A stretch of 63,556 bases of DNA, counting the filler, from Octopus bimaculoides (taxonomy: Eukaryota), in assembly GCF_001194135.2 (NCBI RefSeq). It is 6 parts of 5 records of this genome, joined end to end, with 100 filler letters (N's around TTAATTAATTAA, not from the genome) between each part and the next. Parts side by side here need not be neighbours in the genome. Positions count along the whole stretch, not along the records: positions 1 to 15,210 come from NC_068998.1; 5 more parts are not named here. The stretch is one strand, 5' to 3'. Positions 1-11,210 of the stretch are shown piece by piece. The first letter of the stretch is position 1, and each line of letters begins with the position of its first letter. A model generated the notes under the pieces. It had not been told where the DNA came from and did not search any database. It worked only from the letters and a program-made list of their open reading frames with translations. A program made the translations under genes and the position numbers.

Positions 1-830
1 GCAACACGAAATACCTCAAGTCTTTGGTCCTCACAGCACAGAACATTGGCAAACTTTTTCTTATCTGCTTCCCCTCTGGCTAAATAAACTTGTCGCCTAG
101 TTACCCTTCTGGCAATCTGATACAATTCCCTGCTACCACCGTTTTTCCAGTCTTTCCAAGCATGTTTCTTTTGTCTAATAGCCCTGCCAACAGCGTTGTT
201 CCACCACCACGTTATTTTCGGTCGAGAGGGGACCTCGCACCATCCACAGATTTGGTCAGTGGCCCTCAGCAGGTTGTCCCGTAGAAACATCCAGTTGTCC
301 TCTACATTGCGTGAAGCTACATCCCTCTCTATTTCGTCATAGGCTTTGAGTAGTAAATCTCTAAGTCTTTGTCCATTCGCAGGATCTTTGAGCTTCCAGA
401 CCCTTCTCCTCCAAGTTGGTTGTCTTCTCGGCAACCACTAAGCCCTGATCCTGAAGTCACTAACTACTAATCTATGTTGTGGGGTACATTCTTCGCCTGG
501 GAAGGTTATGGCATTTATAAGCAGCCATCTTTCCCTTTTTCTGGTGAGGATGTAGTCAATTTGACTAGTATGTCTGCCAGAACAGTAGGTGATTCGGTGA
601 CTCATAGGTTTCCTAAAGTTAGTATTGCAGACAATAAGGTCATTGGCATCACAGAACTCCAGCAATCTGGTCCCCTCCTTATTGCGGGAACCAAAACCAT
701 AGCCTCCATGTACGCCAGAGAAACCCCCTGAATGTTGTCCAACATGACCATTGAAGTCACCAGCCACAAAGAGAAGGTCCCTGTCATTCGTCGATGAGGT
801 AGTTTGCAAGAGGGTGTCATATATAAATAA
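1..830 (-). mobile_element. RTE-clade LINE fragment (APE endonuclease and linker)
   Basis: ORF 438-854(-) has AGDFNGHVG, NTNFRK, SQIDYIL and QHRLVVSDF endonuclease motifs. The reading continues toward base 1 with a TWWWN motif. Confidence 0.9.
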
Positions 831-865
831 AATTTCTTTATTCCTTTGGAACATAAAATCTCAGA

Positions 866-1168
866 TGTTGTGCGAGAGTACAATGCTCCCTGGTGAGAAT
901 GGATTGGACCACTGCATATAAATAGTAGCAATCTGAGTGGGTGAAGTATTTCATGCTAGTTCCACAGTTCATGTGTTGATAGTTCAAAGTTTACAGTTCA
1001 AGTTAGTGTGTTGGATAATTGGTTCTTAAAGGATTGTTGTTATGTTATGTGTGGTTACTGCTGTTTGTTTCAATTATATTCTTATTACACTGTTGCAATG
1101 TATTCATTTACTCGCAAGGATATAACACAAAGACAGATACAACAGTGGCAAAAGACTGCTTTATAACA
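866..1168 (+). repeat. 5' LTR remnant of the Gypsy element
   Basis: Ends ...ctgctttataaCA, followed by the PBS-like gTGGTGACAAG. Contains TATATAAATA. The last 42 bp match the 3' LTR end (2 mismatches). The left boundary is uncertain. Confidence 0.6.
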
Positions 1169-1169
1169 G

Positions 1170-1180
1170 TGGTGACAAGC
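1170..1180 (+). promoter_or_regulatory. Primer-binding site of the Gypsy element
   Basis: TGGTGACAAG begins 1 nt after the LTR-terminal CA. TGG is complementary to the tRNA CCA end. Confidence 0.6.
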
Positions 1181-2607
1181 ATAAACCAATTCACATGGAG
1201 TTAATAGAAACTCAAAGAGTTAATAAACTTACAAAGTTGGTGTATGAATTTTATGAAAAACTGTAAAAGTATGGAAATAACAGCAACAGTTGAAAGAATA
1301 AAAACAACAACAGATACAACTGCAAGAGCAACAACAACAATTAATATTACAGCAACAAATGCTGCAATTACTGAAGTCATCAGGAAAGCCAGAAAAAGTC
1401 TTCTCACCAGACTATGTCGTAAACTCAATAACTGAGTTCAAATACGCACCTGAAGAAGAAGTTACCTTCGAAGCATACTACAGAAGATATGAGCAAATCT
1501 TTAAGAAAGAATGTAAAGATTGGGACAATGAGATGAAAACTTGCTTAATCTTGAGAAAACTGGTGCCAACAGAACATGAATGATACCATAATACTCCCAA
1601 GAAAACCATCTGACATAAAGCTTAATGACACAATAGACATAATGTGTAAGATTTTCACTAAAAAAAGTTCCTTGTTCAACGCAATGGAAGTATCTGAACA
1701 TAGAGAAAATAGTCATGAGGACTGCATCACATATGCTGGAAGAGTAAACAGGGAATGCGAGAAGTTTAAGCTGGATAAATTAACTCCAGATATGTTCAAA
1801 TGCTTGATTTTTACATAGGGACTAACTACCAAAAAGGTCACAGAAGTCAGTACTAGGATTCTTGCAAAGCTGGAGCAAAGCCAGGATGTAACCCTGCAAA
1901 AAGTGTTTGAAGAATGTGGAAGGATACTTAAATTAAGACATGACACAGAGGAAATTGAACATAAGGATTGTTTCCAAGTAAAAACCAGTGCAGAATAGTC
2001 TGAATAGAGATTAAAGTGTTTTCTAAAAAACCACAAAAAACATCAAGATATAAACCCATGTTTTCCATGTGATGATATGCACTTGAGGAAAAATTATCCA
2101 TTTACAAAAGCAGAGTGTTTTCGTTGTGGAAATACAGGACATATAAAGTCGCACTGTAAGACGAAAATGATAAAATGTCAGAAAAAAGGTAAAAGAATAA
2201 ATAGTATCATTGGAAGAAACTAACAATATAATGATGAGAAAATTCATGAAAGTGAAGATCAGAAATATAAGAGTTAAAATGCAGTTTGTTGGGGTAGGCA
2301 TATTTTTAATTGCACTTGCCCTTGACAGGTCTGATTTGTGCCCATTTTCATCAATTATTTGTCCTAAATATTTGTTTTTTTCAGCAAAAATTCACACTTT
2401 TCCTCTGTTAATCTGAACCTAGCTTGTCCAGATTGATACCCAAACACTGCAAGCCATTGGAGGACAGTAATTGTAGCTGTAAGAGCTGACATTGAAATAA
2501 AAGACATAATGTGGAATGTTGTGCAAGAGTTACCAGTAACCCTGGAGGACATAAAGTGGAATGTGCTAAAAGACAAGTTTATAAAAGAAATGAAAAGAAC
2601 TCTATGG

Positions 2608-3526
2608 TCATCATCATCATCATCATCATCATCGTTTAACGTCCGCTTTCCATGCTAGCATGGGTTGGACGATTTGACTGAGGACTGGTGAAACCGGATG
2701 GCAACACCAGGCTCCAGTCTGATTTGGCAGAGTTTCTACAGCTGGATGCCCTTCCTAACGCCAACCACTCAGAGAGTGTAGTGGGTGCTTTTACGTGTCA
2801 CCCGCACGAAAACGGCCACGCTCGAAATGGTGTCTTTTATGTGCCACCCNNNNNNNNNNNNNNNNNNNNNNNNNNNNNNNNNNNNNNNNNNNNNNNNNNN
2901 NNNNNNNNNNNNNNNNNNNNNNNNNNNNNNNNNNNNNNNNNNNNNNNNNNNNNNNNNNNNNNNNNNNNNNNNNNNNNNNNNNNNNNNNNNNNNNNNNNNN
3001 NNNNNNNNNNNNNNNNNNNNNNNNNNNNNNNNNNNNNNNNNNNNNNNNNNNNNNNNNNNNNNNNNNNNNNNNNNNNNNNNNNNNNNNNNNNNNNNNNNNN
3101 NNNNNNNNNNNNNNNNNNNNNNNNNNNNNNNNNNNNNNNNNNNNNNNNNNNNNNNNNNNNNNNNNNNNNNNNNNNNNNNNNNNNNNNNNNNNNNNNNNNN
3201 NNNNNATCGCCTCGGTGAGGCCCAATGTACGAAGGTCTTGCCTCACCACCTCAGCCCAGGTCTTCCTGGGCCTACCTCTTCCACGGGTTCCCTCAACTGT
3301 TAGGGTGTGGCACTTTTTTACGCAGCTATCCTCCTCCATTCTCACCACATGTCCATACCAGCGCAATCGTCTCTCTTGCACGCCACAACTGATGCTTCTA
3401 ATGTTCAGCTTTTCTCTCAAGATACTTACACTCTGACGGGTATTCACATTGACATTACACATCCAACGGAGCATACTGGCTTCATTCCTTGCGAGCTTAC
3501 TTATGTCCTCAGCAGTTACAGCCCAT
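2608..3526 (-). mobile_element. Young 5'-truncated RTE LINE inserted into the Gypsy pol region
   Basis: (TCA)n tail at 2608. The 3' UTR is nearly identical to copies at 58110 and 60050. The C-terminal ORF reads WAVTAED...RLRWYGHVVRM...GRGRPRKTW. Contains a gap. Confidence 0.92.
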
Positions 3527-4587
3527 ATTGAGGAAACAAAAGGAAATAAGAAAAGGTTCGGTATGAAAAAAAAAGCCAAGATGGGAATATATACTGAACA
3601 TGTGATGATGTACTGATGTATGCACAAAGAGCAGTCTTGCTGGAAACTCTAGAAAAGAGAATGTTGAGAGAATTTCATGACAGATATCTGGGTATTTCAA
3701 GAATGAAAGTGTTAATGCATAGTTACGTATTTTGGCCAAAGATGGACAAAGAAATCGAAAATTTGGTGAAAAGCTGTAGAGAATGTGCTCTAGCAGCAAA
3801 ATTACTCAATATAAAATGGAACCTTGGTCAAAAGTAAATGCTCCATGGTCAAGACTACACATCAATTTCGCTGGTCTTTTAAATGGTTCTTACTGCTTAG
3901 AGGTAGTGGATAGTTTTTCAAAATGGCCGGAAACTGTTAAGTGTAAAAAGCCAACCTCCTTAACTTTGATAAATTTTTTACATGAATTGTTTGCAAGATT
4001 TGACATCCTAGACACAATAATGTCTGACAACAGAACGCAATTTGTGTCTAGCAAACTTTTAAAATTTTGTGAAATCTTCATGGTAGAACATAAAATTATA
4101 GCTCCATACCATCCCAGATCTAATGGCCATGCAGAACACATTGTTGATACCTTCCAAAGAGCTTTAAGAAAAGCAAATAAGGAAGTCACAGATGAGGTAG
4201 CTGTACAACAATTTTCAAGAGTGTACCATGTGACACAAAATCCAAATACACCAGCAGGCAGCTCTCCAGCAGAGCTGACATTTGCAAAGTCCAAAGTCAG
4301 TTTTCAATAAATTGCTACCTGGCAAGGAAAGTAAAAGTGCCAGGAAAGATATAGCAAGATTTTTTAAAAGTTGGTGATTAGGTGTATATGAGGACATACA
4401 AAAAGGGAAAGTGAGTGATTCAACCTAGGCGTACATGTCAAAAGAAAATAAAACATAGAGTTTCTGAAAATAGATGCCAAGAGAATAAAAATATCAAATT
4501 GTTCAGAAAAAAACCCCTCAAAAAAGGAAGGTGGGATGAATAAAAAAAATTATTGCTACATAAAATGACACTTCCTAAGAAAAGCTT

Positions 4588-4954
4588 AAAAGGGGAGATG
4601 TTGTAGGGAATTAGTAATAATGGTACATCCCTCCCACATGACAAGTGGAATGAGCCAGTTACTATCAGTGAGGTGACTTCAGCCAGTATCAAGAGAGTAT
4701 GTAGGGTATGTAGAGTGCATGTTAGACTGTGCTGTTAGTCATGTCTGTACTGATCTAGTAATTATACTGCAATACTGAATGAACGTTATAATGATCCAAC
4801 CTTTTGAGGATAATAACACTGTATGACTGCAGGTGGGGGTCATACAGTGCCAGATAGAGACATTCTATTGATGACTTCAGAATATAATATCTGTGAGAGC
4901 GATAACCTTCATACAAAGACAGATACAACAGTGACAAAGGACTGCTTTATAACA
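4588..4954 (+). repeat. Polypurine tract (4588-4598) and 3' LTR (4599-4954) of the Gypsy element
   Basis: AAAAGGGGAGA is directly followed by TGTTGT, and the segment ends ...ctgctttataaCA like the 5' LTR. Confidence 0.7.
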
Positions 4955-6130
4955 GTCAACCTGAAGAAAGCTTTCGGCAGGGTTCTTCGCTTCTCTATCT
5001 GGTGATCTCTAAGGAAGCCAAGTGTAGAGAAGTGGCATGTTAGAGCCATACAGGCCATGTACAGCAATGCTGTCAGTAAGTTCTTGAATACAGTGATGAA
5101 TTTAGCATACAAGTTGGAGTTCACCAGGTATCATTTCTTAGTTCACTCTTATTCATCATCATTCTCCAGACCATAACAGAGGAATTCAAAACTGGATGTG
5201 CATGGGAACTTCTATATGCTGACCACTTCACTCTTATTACAGAATCTGAAGCAGAATTGGAAAAGTTCCATATTTGGAAGTAAAGCCTGGAATTAAAGGT
5301 CCTTAAAATTAACCTAGCAAAGACTAAAGTTGTTGTTAGCAAGAAAGTAGATAAGACTCTCTTTCCATGAGGTAAATGGCCTTGCTGAATATGTATGAAG
5401 GGAGTGAAAAGTAATTCCATTTGCTGCACCCAATGTAAGCTATGGATGCATAAAAGCTGCAGTGAATTTGCAGGTAGGTTAACAGGTAAAGTGGCTTTTG
5501 TGTGTGACAGATGTTCAGGAACAATAAGCACTCAGAGCACAGGGGATTTTGACTATCTCAAATGTCCAGGAGGCTCTCCTGAGGTAGTAGATAGTTTGTT
5601 ACATAGATGACCAAATTAGTAATGATGGTGGATGCTCTGAAAATATTGTTTCTAGAATAAGAATAGGATGGAGGAAGTTCAGAGAGCTACTACCTCTGTT
5701 GGCAACAAAAGTACTCTCTCTCAGAGTGAAAGATAGATTGTATGATGCTTGTGTGTGAATGGCTATACTTCATGGTAGTAAGACATGGGCGCTGAATACA
5801 GAGGACATGTGTAGACTGGAGAAGAATGAAGGTAGTATGTTCCATTGGATTTGCAACATCAGTGTGCATGACAGACAAAATGAAACTATGTTGAGAGAAA
5901 AGTTAGGCATAAGAGGAATTAAATGTGGCATGCTGGAGAGGAGAATGTGTTAGTCTGGACATATGATACATATGAGTAAAGACAGCTGTATACAAAAGTG
6001 CCCATCACTGAAAGGGGATGGTACCTGTGGAAGAGGGAGACCCAGAAAGACATGGGACAAAGTGGTGAGGACCAATCTCAGGATATTAGGGCTCATGGAG
6101 GAAATGACAATGGACTGAGATGTTTGGTTA
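4955..6130 (+). mobile_element. Old RTE LINE fragment (RT domain to C-terminus), with many stops and frameshifts
   Basis: VNLKKAF (DLEKAFD-like), WELLYAD, NSICCTQCKLWMHKSC, LHGSKTWAL and GRGRPRKTWDKVV motifs. Confidence 0.88.
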
Positions 6131-7224
6131 TATGAGGTTCCAACAAAGACCTGCCTATGTCAGCAAAACCGAGTGCTAGAAGTGTTGTGTCCCACCCACA
6201 CGTAACAATGAACTTTTCACATACCTTAACCCAAGAAACTGAACTATATCTCCTCTTCTAAACTGCATCTTTCTCTTCCTCACATTTCCTATTCATACAC
6301 TATGATTGTCTCCCACTCCCCTTCCCTGCCCTCACTGCCTTGCTCACTGTATTGCTGCTTTTCCCCACCTCATCTTCATCCATGGTTTTTAATTTTATAA
6401 AAACAAACTTGCACTTCTATTAATTATTAATTAACCCCTTCTAGACATGCATCACTCCCTTCTTCACTCAAGGTTTTTCCGATATTATATAATATAATAT
6501 ATTTATATTTTATACACCCCTGATCTGCCCAACCGTTAGTGAATACGTCACCATTTATATTTTGAAAATAAGCTACCCAATCAAATTCAAATGCTCATTT
6601 GTCAAATAGGATTATATCAAACCATATATTACATGTGCCATCACAATTTTATTCCACTCCTGATCACAACTGTCTGACCAACAGAAATGTGAAACTCTGA
6701 GTAACAGTTTTGTGATTTTTCGCAGCTTTGCATTTATGTGCTTATACATATATATATATATACACAAACACACACATGCACGCGCATGCTAATATCAAAT
6801 AGTGAGAATAAGTGCTCAACACTGCATTTGTGGATAAATATTTTCTATTTCTGGGTCAACAAAGCAACCAATGGTTTCACGTGAAAGAATTTTTACAACT
6901 GTTCAAGTATTGTACATGGAAGTGTTAGTACTCGTCTCCATTTTGGATGAGAATACATAAGATTGCATGAGATTAAACAGCATTTTAAAATAAACAGATC
7001 ATGGGAGGTAACTCTAGGAAATGTTAATTGTTATCTCCCTTGCCTTTGATTTATGCAAGACACTGTTCATCACAGATTAATTGATTCTTTAATCATCTTA
7101 GGCAGGAATGTCCATATTAATAAATATACACATATATGTACACATGCATACGCACATGCGCATACATTTATATACACACATACACACACCTGCAACATGC
7201 ATTTTGTTCGTGTTCATCCAGCCT

Positions 7225-8360
7225 AAGTTTGGAGGTTAGTTACAATTTCAGATCTTACAAAAACCCACTACACATTAACATTCTAGACAGAGTTGAAAAC
7301 AACCTCATGAAAGTAATTAAAAATGTTAAAATCAACCATAGATCTAATAGCTTCCAACAGAAATTAGAAACATTTATTGAACCTTTCAAGATGTTTCCAA
7401 ACAAATTTATAAAGGCAGATAAAACTAAAAATGTTTATGTGGTAGACAACTGCACCCATTATCTGCTAATCAATAATATAAAAAATGATCCATATCACTT
7501 ATAATTTAACCAATGTTGAGGCAAAATCCTAGCCATGAAACTTAATAGCGAAGATTGAGTAGAACAACTCATACTACAAAAGCCTTTTGTAACCCTGAAG
7601 GACTACAATAACAATGCACAAAACCTTTACTGTAATTAATAAATCCTATAAAAAGCAAAACAGGCATTATCAGCAACTCTATATTAAATAACATCATATG
7701 ATATCTAAGAGCTTCCTTAAACCTTATTCAATGGATATGTAACAGCACAACCATTGAATGGTTCAAGAAAATTGAAGATAAGCTTGAATGCAAATTCATC
7801 CAGTTTGACATTATGGAGTTTTACTCCTCCGATCTCCAGAAGACACTCAGGCATAGACAACCGTCACTAACACCAATATAGCCATTATAATGAATTGCAT
7901 TTTCATGATAATTCCTACTGAGTGAAAAAGAATGGAGATGAGCTATTTGATGTCACTATAGGGATCAATGATTGAGCAGAGATAGTGGAAAAATGAAATA
8001 AAAGAAGCCAACACAGGATTATATTGGGATTATGATCTTGGAGTAGTGCATAACAAAAATGAACATGATATGGATAAGATAAGGAAAAAATTATGCAAAA
8101 TATTTAGTCAACTTAACCTAAAAACTGCAGTTAACACTAACCTTTAAGAAGTTAATTTCCAAGACATTAATAACCATCTAACATCATTAATCAAACAATT
8201 AGTCAACAGTATTTGCAGGTGTGTTTCCAACCTATCCACTGATGAAACTACTTTCAAAAAGGGCAGCCCTGTATTACAATGCCACATTAGCATAACCTAT
8301 ATAAGTGGAAGAGTAAATAAAACAGAAAAAGAAATGAAAGAAAATTAGAGTTATGTCTCT
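7225..8360 (+). mobile_element. Decayed Penelope-like element RT fragment
   Basis: FIKADKTKNVY, FVTLKDY, KFIQFDIMEFYSS and FDVTIG motifs, in the same order as in the PLE at 12-14 kb. Confidence 0.75.
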
Positions 8361-9036
8361 TTCAGCTGTGAAGCCATAACTAAGTGAGTTGTTGTAGTAT
8401 AATTCAACAGAGAAAGATCCAAAGTCTGCAAGATAGCTTACTCACTCTGGATAGGGTGGTGTCCTATAGTTCACCAACAGAAATTTATTCATATTCTTGC
8501 ATGTACTGAAAATTTTGGATTTGGAATTCAGTAGTGAAGTGGAATTCTTGGATCTAAAAAGAATATGTGATCTTTCAGCTACATGTAAGTTATATTTTTT
8601 AGATCCATTAACATATGATATGGATTTCTCTATGATTCTCTACTTGATTATATGTGGTGTGTGGTTGGTCTTCAAACCCCATATATGGCCAGCCGTGTCG
8701 GTCCCCTCTCCATTGAATTATTTTACATCAAGCTTAATTATGGTTTTACAGTCAAATGGGACATAACTCTAATTTTCTTTTCCTTTTCCACTTTTATTCA
8801 CCTTCAGCTTTTGCATTTACCTTCTCGTTTTTTCTCATGATTTCTTTTGTACCAGCATCCTGATTTGTAAACTGAATAGACCATGTCCTCAGAGCCTAAA
8901 AGATTGCTTGGAGACACAAGTTGTGTTATAAAACCTTCTTGGACCTGCATCTCCGCAACATGAAACTGTTTATAGCTCATCTTTATACTGTGTAAATTAA
9001 ACAATATTTATCTCTCACTGGTTGGAGCACCTTATA

Positions 9037-9911
9037 CAAGGTCTGATCAATAAGTATCTGGACTGTTGCCATAGTAATGAAGCTAAGGCACACAGAGTGA
9101 AGCTGCTTGACAAAGACTGACCTTAATCTCTGTTGTGCATGTGCACTAAATTTTGACATTCTAGCTCTCTTCCACTGTTTAAAGCAGTGCTTGGAAGGAA
9201 GGTGTGTAGTATGTGATCATCGCATTGACCATGACAGAGAAAATTGACATGGCGATACCTGCTCAGAAGCCCAAGTGAAGTTGCATGAAGTGTATGGAGA
9301 GGAGTGCACACAAGTGTATGAGTGGTTCAGACGTTTCCAAGATGGCCGAAAAAATGTCAACATTGATGAATGTTCTAGGAGATCCACAACCAACAGAACT
9401 GAGAAAAACATCACAGATGTGCATGCAGCTGTGATGGAAAATCATTGAATCACCATCCATGAGTTATCAGAGGATGTGCAGATTAGTTATGGTTCTGGTC
9501 AGTCCATTATCACTGAAGATTTGGGTATGAGACATGTGTCTGCCAAGTTTGTGCCAAAACTGCTTTCAAAAAGACACTCAGGTTTCAGTTGCAAAAGATC
9601 TTGATTGTGTTGAGAATGATGAAAACTTTTTGAAAACTTTCCGTAGGCCTCTGAGCATGTATCGCCAAGCTTTTGGCAAAATTTGATGCAGATTCCCTGC
9701 TCAACTTTCTCTCTCATGGTCAATGCAATGATCACATGCAACATACCTTCAATCCAAACACTGCTGTAAACAGTAGAAGTGAGCTAGAACATTAAAACTT
9801 AGTGTGCATGCACAGCAGAGTTCAAGGTCAATCTGTGCGAAGCGGCTTCACTCTACATGCTTTAACTTCATTACTATAGCAACAGTCCGGATAATTATTG
9901 ATTAGACCATG
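9037..9911. mobile_element. Non-autonomous mariner derivative with long inverted arms
   Basis: TA on both flanks. Termini CAAGGTCTGATCAATAAG and its inverse. Mariner transposase N-terminus (VYEWFRRFQDGR, VSAKFVPKLL) in the left arm. Confidence 0.88.
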
Positions 9912-10135
9912 TATACATACGTGTGTGTGTATATATGTATGTGTTATGATACTGCTTAGCAGTACCAATAAACATCGGCTAGAATGCAATATTTTTATAC
10001 TTCACAGTATTAGTAAGATCCAGCAGCATGGAGGTATGTGCGTGTGTGTGTGTGTGCACATGTACATACATAAATTTATTTGTTTCATGCATTCAGCTAC
10101 GAATCTGCTATCATGCTGGAGTACCATATATATAT

Positions 10136-10140
<5 letters not shown>

Positions 10141-10184
<44 letters not shown>
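10141..10184. repeat. (TA)n microsatellite
   Basis: Directly visible. Confidence 0.97.
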
Positions 10185-10186
<2 letters not shown>

Positions 10187-10232
10187 ATTTAAATAAGAGC
10201 CATAACGCAATCCTATAATAAAACTTGTTTAT

Positions 10233-10316
10233 TATCCTATGCACATTTCAATGCAAGATACCGACTCACTCTTGTCTGAGGTAAGAAAATGGGGCCTTGC
10301 ATCTCTTCAGGGCCAA
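10233..10316 (-). ncRNA. Type I hammerhead-ribozyme-like motif at the PLE 3' end
   Basis: The - strand reads CUGAAGA-GAUGCAAG-(38 nt)-CUUGCAUU-GAA-AU-GUGC-AU-A, giving the full core, an 8-bp stem II and an AUA cleavage triplet. Stem I is imperfect. Confidence 0.65.
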
Positions 10317-10797
10317 GTTACATTAATTCACAGCAGACAACATTATTAGTTGTACTTAAATTACATGTGTATAAAAAAGTTATAATCAGGTTGTAACAAC
10401 ATGAACATATTGAAAACTGCTTGCAATATCGGTTAAGAAAACCGTTATATAGTAAAGTAACTAAGTAGAGTTGTTAACCTAGGATGTTAAGTAGCGACAA
10501 GCAAACGATGCTGTATATTCGATAAAACCGTTGGAATTTTAAAAGTAAATAAAATGAAGAAAGAAAAATTATCTGTTATAGATCTTAATAAAAAAAGCAA
10601 ATATAAATTGATGGTCAAAGAGAGGTAAATCTAGTAAATAATATTTTTGATTTACATAATTCACTCCATTGTGAATAATCATATCAAATAATTATATTTA
10701 TTTTTAAGTTTAAAATAGTTATGAGACTTGATTTAAGGATATGTAAACAAGATAAATTAGAAAATATAAATCATAAATTATAATATAAAATAAATTA

Positions 10798-11210
10798 GGC
10801 GTAGGAGTGGCTGTGTGATAAGTAGCTTGCTTACCAACCACATGGTTCTGGGTTCAGTTCCACTGTGTAACACCTTGGGCAAGTGTCTTCTACTATAGCC
10901 TCGGGCCGACCAAAGCCTTGTGAGTGGATTTGGTAGACGGAAACTGAAAGAAGCCTGTCGTATATATGTATATATATATATATGTGTGTGTGTATGTTTG
11001 TATGTCTGTGTTTTTCCCCCCAACATCGCTTGACAACCGATGCTGGTGTGTTTACGTCCCCGTAACTTAGCGGTTCAGCAAAAGAGACTGATAGAATAAG
11101 TACTAGGCTTACAAAGAATAAGTCCTGGGGTCAATTTGCTCGACTAAAGGCGGTGCTCCAGCATGGCCACAGTCAAATGACTGAAACAAGTAAAAGAGTA
11201 AAAGAGAGAG
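10798..11210 (+). mobile_element. tRNA-derived SINE, family A (full length)
   Basis: Head GGCGTAGGAGTGGCTGTG with a B-box-like GGTTCAGTTCC, central TA/TG microsatellite, GTAAAAGA tail repeats and a 9-bp TSD TAAATTAGG. Confidence 0.92.

Larger units (their letters stand above)
866..4954 (+). mobile_element. Decayed Gypsy LTR retrotransposon (K02A2.6-like), internally deleted and interrupted by an RTE insertion
   Basis: gag-like pieces (FSPDYVVNSITEFKYAPEEEVTFEAYYRRYE; YAGRVNRECEKFKL), zinc knuckle CFRCGNTGHIKSHC at about 2115-2160, integrase Zn-binding region and core (WSRLHINFAG...SDN...PYHPRSNGHAE) at about 3610-4310, PBS and PPT present. Confidence 0.9.

Noticed and set aside
1450-1480. 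CUGAAGA-AGAAG-UUAC-CUUC-GAAG hammerhead-like string
   Set aside because: It lies in Gypsy gag coding sequence (PEEEVTFEA), has GAAG instead of GAAA, and has no stem III or UH site.
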